Of a stretch of DNA of 64,000 nt, positions 30,379-39,294 are shown in pieces. The translations under genes and the position numbers were made by a program. The stretch covers positions 736,001 through 800,000 of the forward strand of contig OZ255721.1 in assembly GCA_965277285.1 (NCBI GenBank), written 5' to 3'. Position 1 is the stretch's first letter, and every line of letters starts with the position of its first letter. Source of the DNA: Abditibacteriaceae bacterium (lineage in GTDB: Bacteria > Armatimonadota > Abditibacteriia > Abditibacteriales > Abditibacteriaceae). The notes beneath the pieces were generated by a model. The model worked only from the letters and a program-made list of their open reading frames with translations, had not been told where the DNA came from and did not search any database.

Positions 30379-30451
30379 TGGAGCCAGAGGGATTCGAACC
30401 CCCGACATCCTGCTTGCAAAGCAGGCGCTCTACCAACTGAGCTATGACCCC
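30379..30451 (-). tRNA. tRNA-Ala(TGC)
   Basis: Reverse complement GGGGTCATAGCTCAGTTGGTAGAGCGCCTGCTTTGCAAGCAGGATGTCGGGGGTTCGAATCCCTCTGGCTCCA; G3:U70 identity pair. Confidence 0.96.
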
Positions 30452-30575
30452 AAATAAAAAGATGAATGATAAACAGGGACTGATGAACTAAGAAATAGCG
30501 AGATTCAAACGACGTTGCTTGAACTTCGAGTACTCGATATTCATTATTCTCTATTCATCATTCATCTTTTTGCGA

Positions 30576-30649
30576 TAGCGGGGGCGAGATTCGAACTCAC
30601 GACCTCCAGGTTATGAGCCTGGCGAGCTACCGGGCTGCTCCACCCCGCG
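30576..30649 (-). tRNA. tRNA-Met(CAT), initiator type
   Basis: Reverse complement CGCGGGGTGGAGCAGCCCGGTAGCTCGCCAGGCTCATAACCTGGAGGTCGTGAGTTCGAATCTCGCCCCCGCTA; unpaired C1. Confidence 0.93.
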
Positions 30650-30915
30650 GTTGATTCGGCTCTTTAATATACACAACCTCGACACCTGCGTCAAGGTTTC
30701 CCGCGAAATTTATCACCTGAAGTTTGATACGTTGTGGCTCTAACTTGTGATCACAATGAAAATTAAGTTATTTTGCGTCCTGCCCTTTTGTTTTTCTCTT
30801 TCAACGTCGCAGGGCGACAGATACACTGCGAAGGCACATTAAATAAACCGTTTATCAAGCGGCAGGAAACCGCAATTTTTATGAACTTCACTTTTGCCTT
30901 CACGGAGGTGGCGCT

Positions 30916-32400
30916 GTGTTCTCACTCAGAAACCGCCGAACCTCCGAATTGGATGCTCTGAAAAATTCGGGCACTCCTCCAAACCTTTCTTCCACCAGCG
31001 GCACTGCAAACGGTGTCACAGAAAATGGCATTGCTGTCGATAATTTTTCCGCGACTGAAACGCAATCGAGTACTCGATTGAAGCGTTCAGGCGTTTTGCC
31101 ATCACGTTTGGGGCGTTTGCGCGAGCGATTCCCACGACGCTCAACGCTGATGCTGTATTTGTCGGTGATGGGGCCGGGCCTTATCGCGGCTTTGGCGGGC
31201 AACGATGCGGGTGGCATCGGCACTTACTCGTTCGCAGGTGCGCGCTACGGCTACCACTTGCTGTGGCTGCTGTTCATCATCACGTTCGTGCTCGCGCTGG
31301 TGCAGGAAATGGCGGCGCGCATGGGAGCCGTCACGCAAAAAGGCTTGGGCGAACTGATCCGCGAACATTACGGCGTCAGTTGGACGCTGTTTGCTCTCGG
31401 CGTCATGTTTATCGCTAATGTCGCCACTACGGTTTCCGAGTTCGCCGGCATTGCGGCAGCTGGTGAACTTTTCGGTTTGTCGAAGTATTTTACAGTGCCG
31501 TTTGCCGCTATTGTGATGTGGCTGATTGTGGCGCGCGGTCCCTTTCGATTGGTCGAGCGCATCTTTTTAGCGATTTGCCTGGTGCAGGCGACGTATTTCA
31601 TCGCAGCTTTTCGCGCGGTTCATCTGCATCCGCCGCTTGGTGGCTGGAACTTCATCCTGGCGCAGTTGGTGCGTCCTTCGTGGCAGCATGATACGGAATT
31701 CATTCTGCTTTGCATCGGCTTGATTGGAACGACGATCACGCCGTATATGCAGTTTTTCCTGCAAAGCACGATTGTCGATAAAGGCATTCACGTTGGCGAA
31801 TATCGCTACCAGAAAGCCGATGTTTATGCGGGCGTTCTGGTGACAAACATCGTCGCGTTTTTCATCATCGTTTGCACTGCCGCCACAATTTATGCCAGCG
31901 GCATCAAGGTCGATGCCGATACTTTCGACGCGAAGACTGCAGCGCTGGCACTTTCGCAACCTTTGGGAAACGTTGGTGTCTGGCTGTTCGCAGCAGGGCT
32001 TTTGGCGGCGTCGTTGCTGGCCGCTGCGGTCTTGCCATTGAGCACGGCTTACACTTATTGCGAAGCCTTCGGATGGGAGATCGGCGTCCAGAAAAGCTGG
32101 AAAGAAGCGCCCGTCTTCTATGGATTTTTCACCATTACGCTGGGTTTGGCAGCGCTTTTCGTCTTGTTCCCCAAAGTGCCGCTCTTCGCCGTGATGCTGA
32201 TTTCGCAGGACGTGAACGGCATTTTGCTGCCAGTCGTTTTAGTTTTCATGCTGAAACTGATCAATACGCGCCGCATCATGGGCGAATATGTCAACGGGCG
32301 CGTGCAGAACATCATCGCCTGGACTTCGGTTGTCTCGCTCATTGCGCTGACGATGGTGCTTTTGGTCAGCAGCTTGTGGAGCCTGATTCGTGGTGGCTGA
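30916..32400 (+). CDS. NRAMP family divalent metal transporter
   Basis: GPGLI...AGNDAGGI.TYS, QEMAARMG.VT.KG, GTTITPYMQF; start uncertain. Confidence 0.9.
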   Translation: MFSLRNRRTSELDALKNSGTPPNLSSTSGTANGVTENGIAVDNFSATETQSSTRLKRSGVLPSRLGRLRERFPRRSTLMLYLSVMGPGLIAALAGNDAGGIGTYSFAGARYGYHLLWLLFIITFVLALVQEMAARMGAVTQKGLGELIREHYGVSWTLFALGVMFIANVATTVSEFAGIAAAGELFGLSKYFTVPFAAIVMWLIVARGPFRLVERIFLAICLVQATYFIAAFRAVHLHPPLGGWNFILAQLVRPSWQHDTEFILLCIGLIGTTITPYMQFFLQSTIVDKGIHVGEYRYQKADVYAGVLVTNIVAFFIIVCTAATIYASGIKVDADTFDAKTAALALSQPLGNVGVWLFAAGLLAASLLAAAVLPLSTAYTYCEAFGWEIGVQKSWKEAPVFYGFFTITLGLAALFVLFPKVPLFAVMLISQDVNGILLPVVLVFMLKLINTRRIMGEYVNGRVQNIIAWTSVVSLIALTMVLLVSSLWSLIRGG

Positions 32401-32407
32401 AGTTTCA

Positions 32408-32542
32408 AAAAGAGAACACGGAGCTTCGCTACACAGATTGAACGGATGTTCACGGGCCAGAAATAGAGATTCGAGTACTCGATTTCTAAAAAATCCGTCT
32501 TCATCCGTTCAATCTGTGTAGCGAAGCTCCGTGTCCTCTTTT
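32408..32542. repeat. Long inverted repeat, family C, with a palindrome copy in its loop
   Basis: AACACGGAGCTTCGCTACACAGATTGAACGGATG ... CATCCGTTCAATCTGTGTAGCGAAGCTCCGTGT; related copy at 35715-35870. Confidence 0.8.
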
Positions 32543-32554
32543 CCAGAGGTTGAA

Positions 32555-32923
32555 ATGAAAGAAGATGAAACCGTTATGATGACAGCTCAGGTTTTCGCTT
32601 TGGCGCGCCAGATTCCCGATGGTCGAGTACTTTCGTATGGCGCCTTGGGCGCGCGCTGCGAACCGCCAATTTCCGGTTACATTTGCGGCAGAATTATGAA
32701 CACCGTCGGCGACGATGTCCCGTGGTGGCGCGTCGTCGCCAAAGACGGCGCTTTGCCAATTGCCAAGCGCAACCCGAATCTGGCGCAAAAACAACGTGAA
32801 CTGCTGGAAAGCGAAGGCGTGAAATTTGACGCCGACAATCGAGTACTCGAAAGCTACTTCGACGCCGCTGCTAAACTTCAAAATGATGGGAACGATTCTC
32901 TTTTCGAGCGTAAAAATTTGTAA
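32555..32923 (+). CDS. Alkyltransferase-like protein (MGMT/ATL family)
   Basis: IP.GRV.SYG, PWWRVV (Trp replaces the catalytic Cys), Q..LLE.EGV. Confidence 0.88.
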   Translation: MKEDETVMMTAQVFALARQIPDGRVLSYGALGARCEPPISGYICGRIMNTVGDDVPWWRVVAKDGALPIAKRNPNLAQKQRELLESEGVKFDADNRVLESYFDAAAKLQNDGNDSLFERKNL

Positions 32924-32992
32924 TTTTGAGTATTCGAGAGGAACAAAATACAATCTGCCCGCGACCAATTAGAAGAGTTCTTCGATGAAAAG

Positions 32993-33532
32993 ATGATTTT
33001 GCCGGACGCGCGTCGAACTTTGCATTCGCCATCTGGCCGCTACCAAGTCGTGAAGGATGTTTACCAACAAAATACGCCGGACTTGAATTGGCGTATTTGC
33101 AAAGTTGTTGTTATCGAAAGTCTTTCAGGCGCAGAGATTTTGCGATTGAAATGCGAGGATGGCCGTTTTTTTCATCAATGGATTGAAAGCGAGGCCGCTG
33201 ATTATCTTTTGTTCGCAGAAGCCTTGGAAGGTGGTCAAAGTGTTTTTGACTTGCGCAGTCTGAAGTTCGCCAGCTATTACAATTCCAACGAACCATTTAT
33301 CTGGGCACAATTTCATCCCTCGCCCAATTTGCAGAAGCTCGCGGTTATTGGTTGTTATTGGGCTTGTCCGTTCGAGGTTGTGACCTACGATTTTTCAACT
33401 CCGCTTGAACTTCCTTTGCAAGAATTGCATCGCACAATTTTAGAAAACAAAGAAGATTTCGGCGGTTGGACAAGCGACAAACAATTTCAAATGCGCAACG
33501 GTGACGAAATCCGCATTGTTACAGTTGAATAG
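32993..33532 (+). CDS. Hypothetical protein
   Basis: 179-aa ORF with plausible composition (GCYWACP motif); lower GC than flanks. Confidence 0.7.
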   Translation: MILPDARRTLHSPSGRYQVVKDVYQQNTPDLNWRICKVVVIESLSGAEILRLKCEDGRFFHQWIESEAADYLLFAEALEGGQSVFDLRSLKFASYYNSNEPFIWAQFHPSPNLQKLAVIGCYWACPFEVVTYDFSTPLELPLQELHRTILENKEDFGGWTSDKQFQMRNGDEIRIVTVE

Positions 33533-33563
33533 TCGCTATCGAGTACTCGAATCATAGGCTCAT

Positions 33564-34160
33564 TCATTTGACGAGAACGTGTTGGAAGCTGATAAAATCA
33601 GGGATTTTATTTTCGAGCCAGAATTTTGCTGTTTCAGTTACGAAATTGTATCCCACACCTGACGCACGAAATAAATCAAAGCCCTGCCATGTTTCGGACA
33701 TCAAATAAATCTCGCCACGACAAATACCCTTTGCATCTGTTGTGCGTTCTATTTGCGCTGTCTTTTCAATTATCACTTCCCACAACAGCGGCATCTGCAA
33801 AGCCAATTGTTCGGAATGAGGTTGGTCAAGGACGTAGGCTTCCGGCTCTCCATCAACAGGATAAAGCTCCGGTTCATCCGCGTTTTTGTTCCACTCATGC
33901 CAATAGTTTTCGACGATATGTTGTTTGGTGACTGGACGAAAAGTGAATCCTGTCAATCCCGATCTTTCCAATTTGATGCGGAGGTCATCGTTGACGACAA
34001 TTTCGCCGATGCTTGGAAAGAAAATTGGAGGAACAAAAGGCGCGGTTCGCATTATTCCCAGCAAGCCGCTTTGTTTGTTCCGCTCCGCCATGCCGTGCAT
34101 CAAAATGTAATCGTAATCGCCCCAGAGAGTTTCTGGCGCAATTATTTTGAAGAATGTCAT
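33564..34160 (-). CDS. Hypothetical protein
   Basis: Start trimmed to MTFFKII; lower GC; convergent with the previous ORF, with a palindrome copy between them. Confidence 0.7.
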   Translation of the reverse strand: MTFFKIIAPETLWGDYDYILMHGMAERNKQSGLLGIMRTAPFVPPIFFPSIGEIVVNDDLRIKLERSGLTGFTFRPVTKQHIVENYWHEWNKNADEPELYPVDGEPEAYVLDQPHSEQLALQMPLLWEVIIEKTAQIERTTDAKGICRGEIYLMSETWQGFDLFRASGVGYNFVTETAKFWLENKIPDFISFQHVLVK

Positions 34161-34191
34161 CGTTTCGTCGTTAGCTTTGAGTGCCAAAACT

Positions 34192-35676
34192 TTATACCAA
34201 CTCCATACGCACATCGGCTTCAAAAGCGCGGTTCCAAGGCAGCGTAATTTCTGAATGACGAATTGGGGCATTAAAGTGGCGCTTGGCCAAAAGCTGCGCG
34301 AAACCTTTGAGTTCGCGGCGCGCCTGCGATTCGACCAAAGCGCCCATTTCGCCCATGTTGTGCGGCGTCAAGCCCTGCTCGCGCGCCGCTCGTTCAATCC
34401 GCGAGCGCACCTGCGCTTGATAAAACCAATCGTCCACCAAACGCTCGAACAGAAAATTGCGGTTGAGTTCTCGATTGGCGAATTCGCCATCCGCGCAACC
34501 GCTGCGTTTCAAAGCCGCGCATTGCGCCAGCAAAGTTCCCGTCGTGTTGCCCGCAGTATTCCAGCCCGCATACGCCGCGAGTTGACCCAAGGCTTCGCGC
34601 TCTTCCAATTGCGCCATCAAGACGTTATCGGCGCCGTTGGGAAATGCGACATCGCACAGCGCGACGTTTTTTCCCGCGTTCGAGTACTCGATCAACGTTT
34701 CCACGAACGACTGCAAGCGCAAGGAACGAGCATTGCGCGCGTCTTCGCTTTCGTCTTTTTGCGAGCCGCCGACTGGAGCGTTCACGAACAATTCAAAATC
34801 GGCGCTATCGTCTTCCACAATCTGACCGCGCATCGCCGCGATATGTTGCGCCAACGCTCCATCGTAAGGCCGATCTTCAAAGGGCGCGATACGTTTCATG
34901 TCCGAAGCATCCGAAGGGTGAATGCGAAAGCGCACGTTCGTGTTCCAACTACGCGCCAGCAAAGTCAGCGCGGCTTCATCGGCGCCCGGATGCAAGGACA
35001 TTTTGTCGGCCAGACCGAACTCTTGCACGCGCGCCAGCAAACGCTCTTGTTCCTGGCGATGCAGGCCGAATTCGCTGGCGTCTTCCTGCGTCAGTAGCAA
35101 ATAGTCGAACACTTCTTCGGCCAGCCAATCGATCATTTTGCTATTGACTTCGTGATTGCGCGCGCGCGCCTGCAAATACTCTTCGAGTACTCGTTCGGGG
35201 ATTTGCGACTTCACTTTGTCGCGCTCTTCGCGCAGATAATCCGAATTAAAACGTTCGGCTTCGTCGCACAAACGCGCGTAACGCATCACGTTGTAATAGT
35301 TGGCGACCGCTTCGTCGCCGTCCATCGTGACCGCCAAACGCATCAAAATATTGAAAGCGTAAATCGGCACATCGGGACGCTGACGACGAAAATCGCGCAG
35401 CACTTCCAGGCGTTCCAGCGCTTCTTCAACGCTGACGGACGGCTTGCGCGAGGCGACCAAACCGCCATACGCCAGCATATCAATCGAGACGATAACAGCG
35501 GAAACTTCGGGCAAGCGTTCGAGCCAGCGACCAAGCGCAGTCGGTCGTCCCGGCAAGTTGAAACGTCCCAAGAGTTCAGTCGGTGGAACCGCGATTTGGT
35601 CGTTGCCAATCGCTGCGATTTGCTGAGGAAAACGAAAATTGCAAGGCCGGTCGTCGAGAGGAATCAGTGCGAACAT
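34192..35676 (-). CDS. DUF4127 family protein
   Basis: IPLDDRPCN, DML.YGGL..SR, PGADE, Y.GWNTAGN..G, PW.R.FE. Confidence 0.88.
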   Translation of the reverse strand: MFALIPLDDRPCNFRFPQQIAAIGNDQIAVPPTELLGRFNLPGRPTALGRWLERLPEVSAVIVSIDMLAYGGLVASRKPSVSVEEALERLEVLRDFRRQRPDVPIYAFNILMRLAVTMDGDEAVANYYNVMRYARLCDEAERFNSDYLREERDKVKSQIPERVLEEYLQARARNHEVNSKMIDWLAEEVFDYLLLTQEDASEFGLHRQEQERLLARVQEFGLADKMSLHPGADEAALTLLARSWNTNVRFRIHPSDASDMKRIAPFEDRPYDGALAQHIAAMRGQIVEDDSADFELFVNAPVGGSQKDESEDARNARSLRLQSFVETLIEYSNAGKNVALCDVAFPNGADNVLMAQLEEREALGQLAAYAGWNTAGNTTGTLLAQCAALKRSGCADGEFANRELNRNFLFERLVDDWFYQAQVRSRIERAAREQGLTPHNMGEMGALVESQARRELKGFAQLLAKRHFNAPIRHSEITLPWNRAFEADVRMELV

Positions 35677-35714
35677 GAAATTTTAAGTTTAAAAAGTGTC
35701 TGAAAGTCGAGGGT

Positions 35715-35870
35715 AAAAAGGGAACACGGAACTTCGTTGCACGGATTGAACGGATTAGAAAGCTCGAGTACTCAATTGCTCAGCGTAGGGGCGCCGCATG
35801 CAGCGCCCCTACATCGCAAAAATCCGTGCTAACTCGTTCAACCTGTGCATGGAATCCGTGTACCCTTTTT
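35715..35870. repeat. Composite repeat: family C arms enclosing a palindrome variant and a GTAG REP (35785-35812)
   Basis: AAAAAGGGAACACGGA...CGGATTGAACG / TCGTTCAACC...TCCGTGTACCCTTTTT; internal GTAGGGGCGC...GCGCCCCTAC. Confidence 0.75.
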
Positions 35871-35877
35871 GCCTTTA

Positions 35878-36417
35878 TTAAGGATTGCCAGTATTTTTTT
35901 TGCGCGGCACTTTCAAGTGCAAATCGGTCAATAAATCGCGGGCGAGCGCGTGACCTGGATTGATTTTTAGTTCGGCTTTGAGCGCTTCCGCCGCCTTATC
36001 ATATTCTTCCTGACGCATCAGGGCGACCGCTAAATTATAATGCGCATCTTTCCAGTTCGGGCGCTGTCGAACGAGGCTTTCCAGCGTTTGAACGCTGCCA
36101 TCCAAATCGCCGATCTTGTCTTGCGCAGCCGCGAGATTCAATAACGCCATCGTGTTCTGCGGATCGAAGGCGAGTACATATTTGAAATGTCCAATTGCTT
36201 CCGACGCTTCGCCTGCCATATAAAGCGCGGCACCCAGATTCAATCGTCCTTCCAGGCGCGACGGCTCCAACTTCATCGCCTGGCGCATAGTTTCGATAGC
36301 GCGCGCTGTCTGGCGTTTTTCCAGGAGTTTGCTGCCCTGCGCCCACAAGCGCGACGCTTCGCCAGCCCGTGATTTCTCGCCGCCGTCTTCGCCACCGCGC
36401 TTGAGAAAAGAAAACAT
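35878..36417 (-). CDS. Tetratricopeptide repeat protein
   Basis: Repeated NLG/NLA TPR helices. Confidence 0.88.
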   Translation of the reverse strand: MFSFLKRGGEDGGEKSRAGEASRLWAQGSKLLEKRQTARAIETMRQAMKLEPSRLEGRLNLGAALYMAGEASEAIGHFKYVLAFDPQNTMALLNLAAAQDKIGDLDGSVQTLESLVRQRPNWKDAHYNLAVALMRQEEYDKAAEALKAELKINPGHALARDLLTDLHLKVPRKKNTGNP

Positions 36418-36425
36418 GGAAGTTA

Positions 36426-36524
36426 AACCACCAAGGCACCAAGAATACTAAGGAAAAGAGAATTATGTACCCGACAACCCGATTCTTTTTGAAGCCTCTT
36501 GGTGTTCTTGGTGCCTTGGTGGTT
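36426..36524. repeat. REP-like hairpin family B
   Basis: AACCACCAAGGCACCAAGAA...TTCTTGGTGCCTTGGTGGTT. Confidence 0.8.
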
Positions 36525-36532
36525 ATCAAATT

Positions 36533-36901
36533 CTAATATTCTTCATCGGGTTCGCTTTCATCTTCCTCGACATCGGGTTCGCCATCGGAAAACGATTCGA
36601 GTTCCGTGCCGCGAAAAACGGTTACCAGAAAATCTTCGCGCGCAAATTGCGGCAAATGCGAGGAGACAATGTCCTGATCCAGTTGATCGACCAAATCGGC
36701 TTGCTGATCGGTCGTCAGGTCTTTTTCCAAAATCAAGGTCGCGTGAATGAGATCAAGCCCCAGATGAATATCGACTTGCCCCAGGCGCGTGTCGTCCTGC
36801 CAGATAATGTAAACCTCGGACGTGTCGGTGCGCACGACACGTACCAGTTTGGCGCCCAAACCTGTGCCGCGACCGCGTGGTTTCTTTTCTTCTTTTGCCA
36901 T
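36533..36901 (-). CDS. Hypothetical protein with acidic tail
   Basis: 122-aa ORF with host-like codon usage. Confidence 0.75.
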   Translation of the reverse strand: MAKEEKKPRGRGTGLGAKLVRVVRTDTSEVYIIWQDDTRLGQVDIHLGLDLIHATLILEKDLTTDQQADLVDQLDQDIVSSHLPQFAREDFLVTVFRGTELESFSDGEPDVEEDESEPDEEY

Positions 36902-37056
36902 AATTTGCCTTTGCGAATTGCGCCTGTCTTGCCGCGACCTTTGTTCGTTTTTCGCCTAATATCATGCGATATTATACCGCGACCAGCGTTTGGCCGTCAG
37001 CGAGCCACAACGCGCAATCGAGTACTCGATAAGCCAATTCGCGCTAAAATAACGCC

Positions 37057-38751
37057 GTGTTTCCCACTGATTTTCTTCCTCTCGAACGCCGCCGCTTGCT
37101 CATCATCACGGCCTTGTTGCTTTTCGTTCTAATCGCGCCTTACCTTTGGGCGTGGATGTTGACGCCTGGCGATGGCGTTTATTCCGGCTTCTTGTACAAT
37201 CCCGACGACCAGAACGTGCATCTTTCGTGGGCGCGCCAGGCGCACGATGGTGCTTTCTTCTTCCGCGACTTATTTACGACAGAATCGTTGAGCAACGGCG
37301 AAAGACCTTTGTTCACTAACTTGCTTTGCTGGGCGATTGGCGTTCTATCGCGCGTGACGTATTTGCCGCTTATCGTCGTTTATCACGCGTTTCGCGTCGT
37401 CTTCGCGGCTCTGGCGTTGTGGTGGTTCGCCGCTTTGTGCGCGCACTTAACGACTGACAAACGCGTGCGCTTGACGGCTGTCGCGTTGGCGGCATTTGGC
37501 GGCGGCGCCGGTTTTCTGATGCCGCTTTTGGGCAACCACGTTTTCATTGATCGCGCCGATACCAGCGGCGGTTTTCCGATGATGCCGGAAGCCTTTACTT
37601 TCGCGTCGGCCTTCATATTCCCATTGTTCATTACGTCAGTCGCCCTGCTCGTTCTGGTTCATTTGCAAATGTTGCGCGCACAACAAACGGGCAAGCTGAA
37701 GTTTGCCGTTTACGCCGCAATTGCCGCGTTTGTGCTGACCAACATTCACACATATGACGCGTTGCCGCTCGATGTCGTGATGCTGTTGTGGGCGCTTTCG
37801 AGTACTCGAAATCCCGACAATGCAGCGAACATTCAAGCGACGCGCGCACGGGTTTTAGCGCCGCTGCTTGTCATTGCGGGAACGTTGCCGATGTTGGTTT
37901 ATCAGCGTTTCGTACTGGGCAACAGCGAAGAGTTTCGCGTCAAAGCCTTGTCGCCCAAACCCGCGCCGCCGTTTTTGGATTTGTGTTTATCGCTTTCGCC
38001 GCTGTTGATTTTGTCATTGGTCGCCGTCTGGTTTTTGTTTCATCGCTGCGAAGTTGTAAACGATGAAACGCGCGGGGTTTCGCACGAAATGGAGTCATCA
38101 AAAGCGCGCATCATGGTGATTTGGGCGTTCGTCACATTGGCGATGGTTTACACGCCGACAAGCCTCATTTCATTCGCGCGCAAAATGATCGAAGGCGTCC
38201 ATTTGCCGCTTTGTTTTCTGACCGCTGTGGGTTTAATCAGCTTGCTCGACCAATTTCGCGTGCCGCAAAAAGCGAATCGAGTACTCGTTGGCGCTTTTGT
38301 CGCGCTGATGAGCGTTTCCAGTTTGATGTTTGTGTCGTGGTGTTTGGACAACGCGCGCGATAACAACGCCAGTCGCGCCGCCTTTTTGATGCCACCGCTT
38401 TATCTCCCAACCGAAGCAAACCATGCGATGCAATTTCTAAATAGTTTGCCGGATTCGCGCGACCGCGCCGTTTTGTGCTGGCCTTTGTGGGGCAATTATC
38501 TTCCGCAGAAAACAGGTTTTCCGGTTTACACCGGCCACTTCGATGAGACGCTAAATTTCAAACCCAAAAACGGCGCGGCGCTGGCGTTTTTCACAGGCCG
38601 CATGAACGTGACGCAATCGCTCGATTGGCTGCATCAAAACCATATTGGCTACGTTCTCATCGGTCCCAACGAGCAAGCAATTGGCGCCAAAAATCTCGAT
38701 TTTCTCGTTCTCTGGCACGGCGGCAACACAACGATTTATCGCGTGCCATAA
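37057..38751 (+). CDS. Polytopic membrane protein, possible GT-C glycosyltransferase
   Basis: Many TM helices; D...H.SWARQA..G, HTYD, VY.GH..ET motifs. Confidence 0.65.
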   Translation: MFPTDFLPLERRRLLIITALLLFVLIAPYLWAWMLTPGDGVYSGFLYNPDDQNVHLSWARQAHDGAFFFRDLFTTESLSNGERPLFTNLLCWAIGVLSRVTYLPLIVVYHAFRVVFAALALWWFAALCAHLTTDKRVRLTAVALAAFGGGAGFLMPLLGNHVFIDRADTSGGFPMMPEAFTFASAFIFPLFITSVALLVLVHLQMLRAQQTGKLKFAVYAAIAAFVLTNIHTYDALPLDVVMLLWALSSTRNPDNAANIQATRARVLAPLLVIAGTLPMLVYQRFVLGNSEEFRVKALSPKPAPPFLDLCLSLSPLLILSLVAVWFLFHRCEVVNDETRGVSHEMESSKARIMVIWAFVTLAMVYTPTSLISFARKMIEGVHLPLCFLTAVGLISLLDQFRVPQKANRVLVGAFVALMSVSSLMFVSWCLDNARDNNASRAAFLMPPLYLPTEANHAMQFLNSLPDSRDRAVLCWPLWGNYLPQKTGFPVYTGHFDETLNFKPKNGAALAFFTGRMNVTQSLDWLHQNHIGYVLIGPNEQAIGAKNLDFLVLWHGGNTTIYRVP

Positions 38752-38770
38752 GCCAAAGCGAGTACTCGAT

Positions 38771-39073
38771 TTAGCCCGAAGCGTATTGCGGGAATTGCGG
38801 GAATTCGTTTTTCATCCAATGTTGCCTGAGTTTGTGTGCTATCGCAGAGGCGCGACAGTTTCGCAAATCGTTCGGCATCGAATACATGATTTCTACTTCG
38901 CCATTTGACTTCGTAATGCGAACGCGCCCGAAATTAGTTTGATGTATACGAAGATGCCTTTCTGTTTCTTTAACTCGAACATACAGATTGCAACAAAAAA
39001 GATAATCAGCACCAACTTCATCTTCTGCGATCTTCACAATGTCTATCAATTGATAGTCGAGATGTTTTTCCAT
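38771..39073 (-). CDS. Hypothetical protein
   Basis: About 100-aa low-GC ORF ending next to a palindrome variant (38758). Confidence 0.55.
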   Translation of the reverse strand: MEKHLDYQLIDIVKIAEDEVGADYLFCCNLYVRVKETERHLRIHQTNFGRVRITKSNGEVEIMYSMPNDLRNCRASAIAHKLRQHWMKNEFPQFPQYASG

Positions 39074-39294
39074 AAGAAGCCAATGTAACACTCGCCAAAA
39101 TTTGCTGCTTGGTAGCGTTCAAAAAATTCAAAAAGTTTCTCGTTAAAAGCTGTTTTCGCGCGCTCATCGTGATAATCTAAGCCGACGTGTGATGTAAATT
39201 GTCCTAGCCGAAGCCCGTTGAAACTTAACCCGTTCATGGCGCGCCTTCGGTGCCCCAATCTCCCAACAACCTCTTTTCATAAGGAGCCGAGCCG

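Noticed and set aside
30700..30915. M-box or yybP-ykoY riboswitch upstream of the NRAMP gene
   Set aside because: I could not find the consensus elements; only a short TTGTGATCACAA palindrome is present.
39046..39258. 70-aa ORF
   Set aside because: Short, overlaps its neighbour and has no recognisable motif; it may be a gene fragment but cannot be supported.
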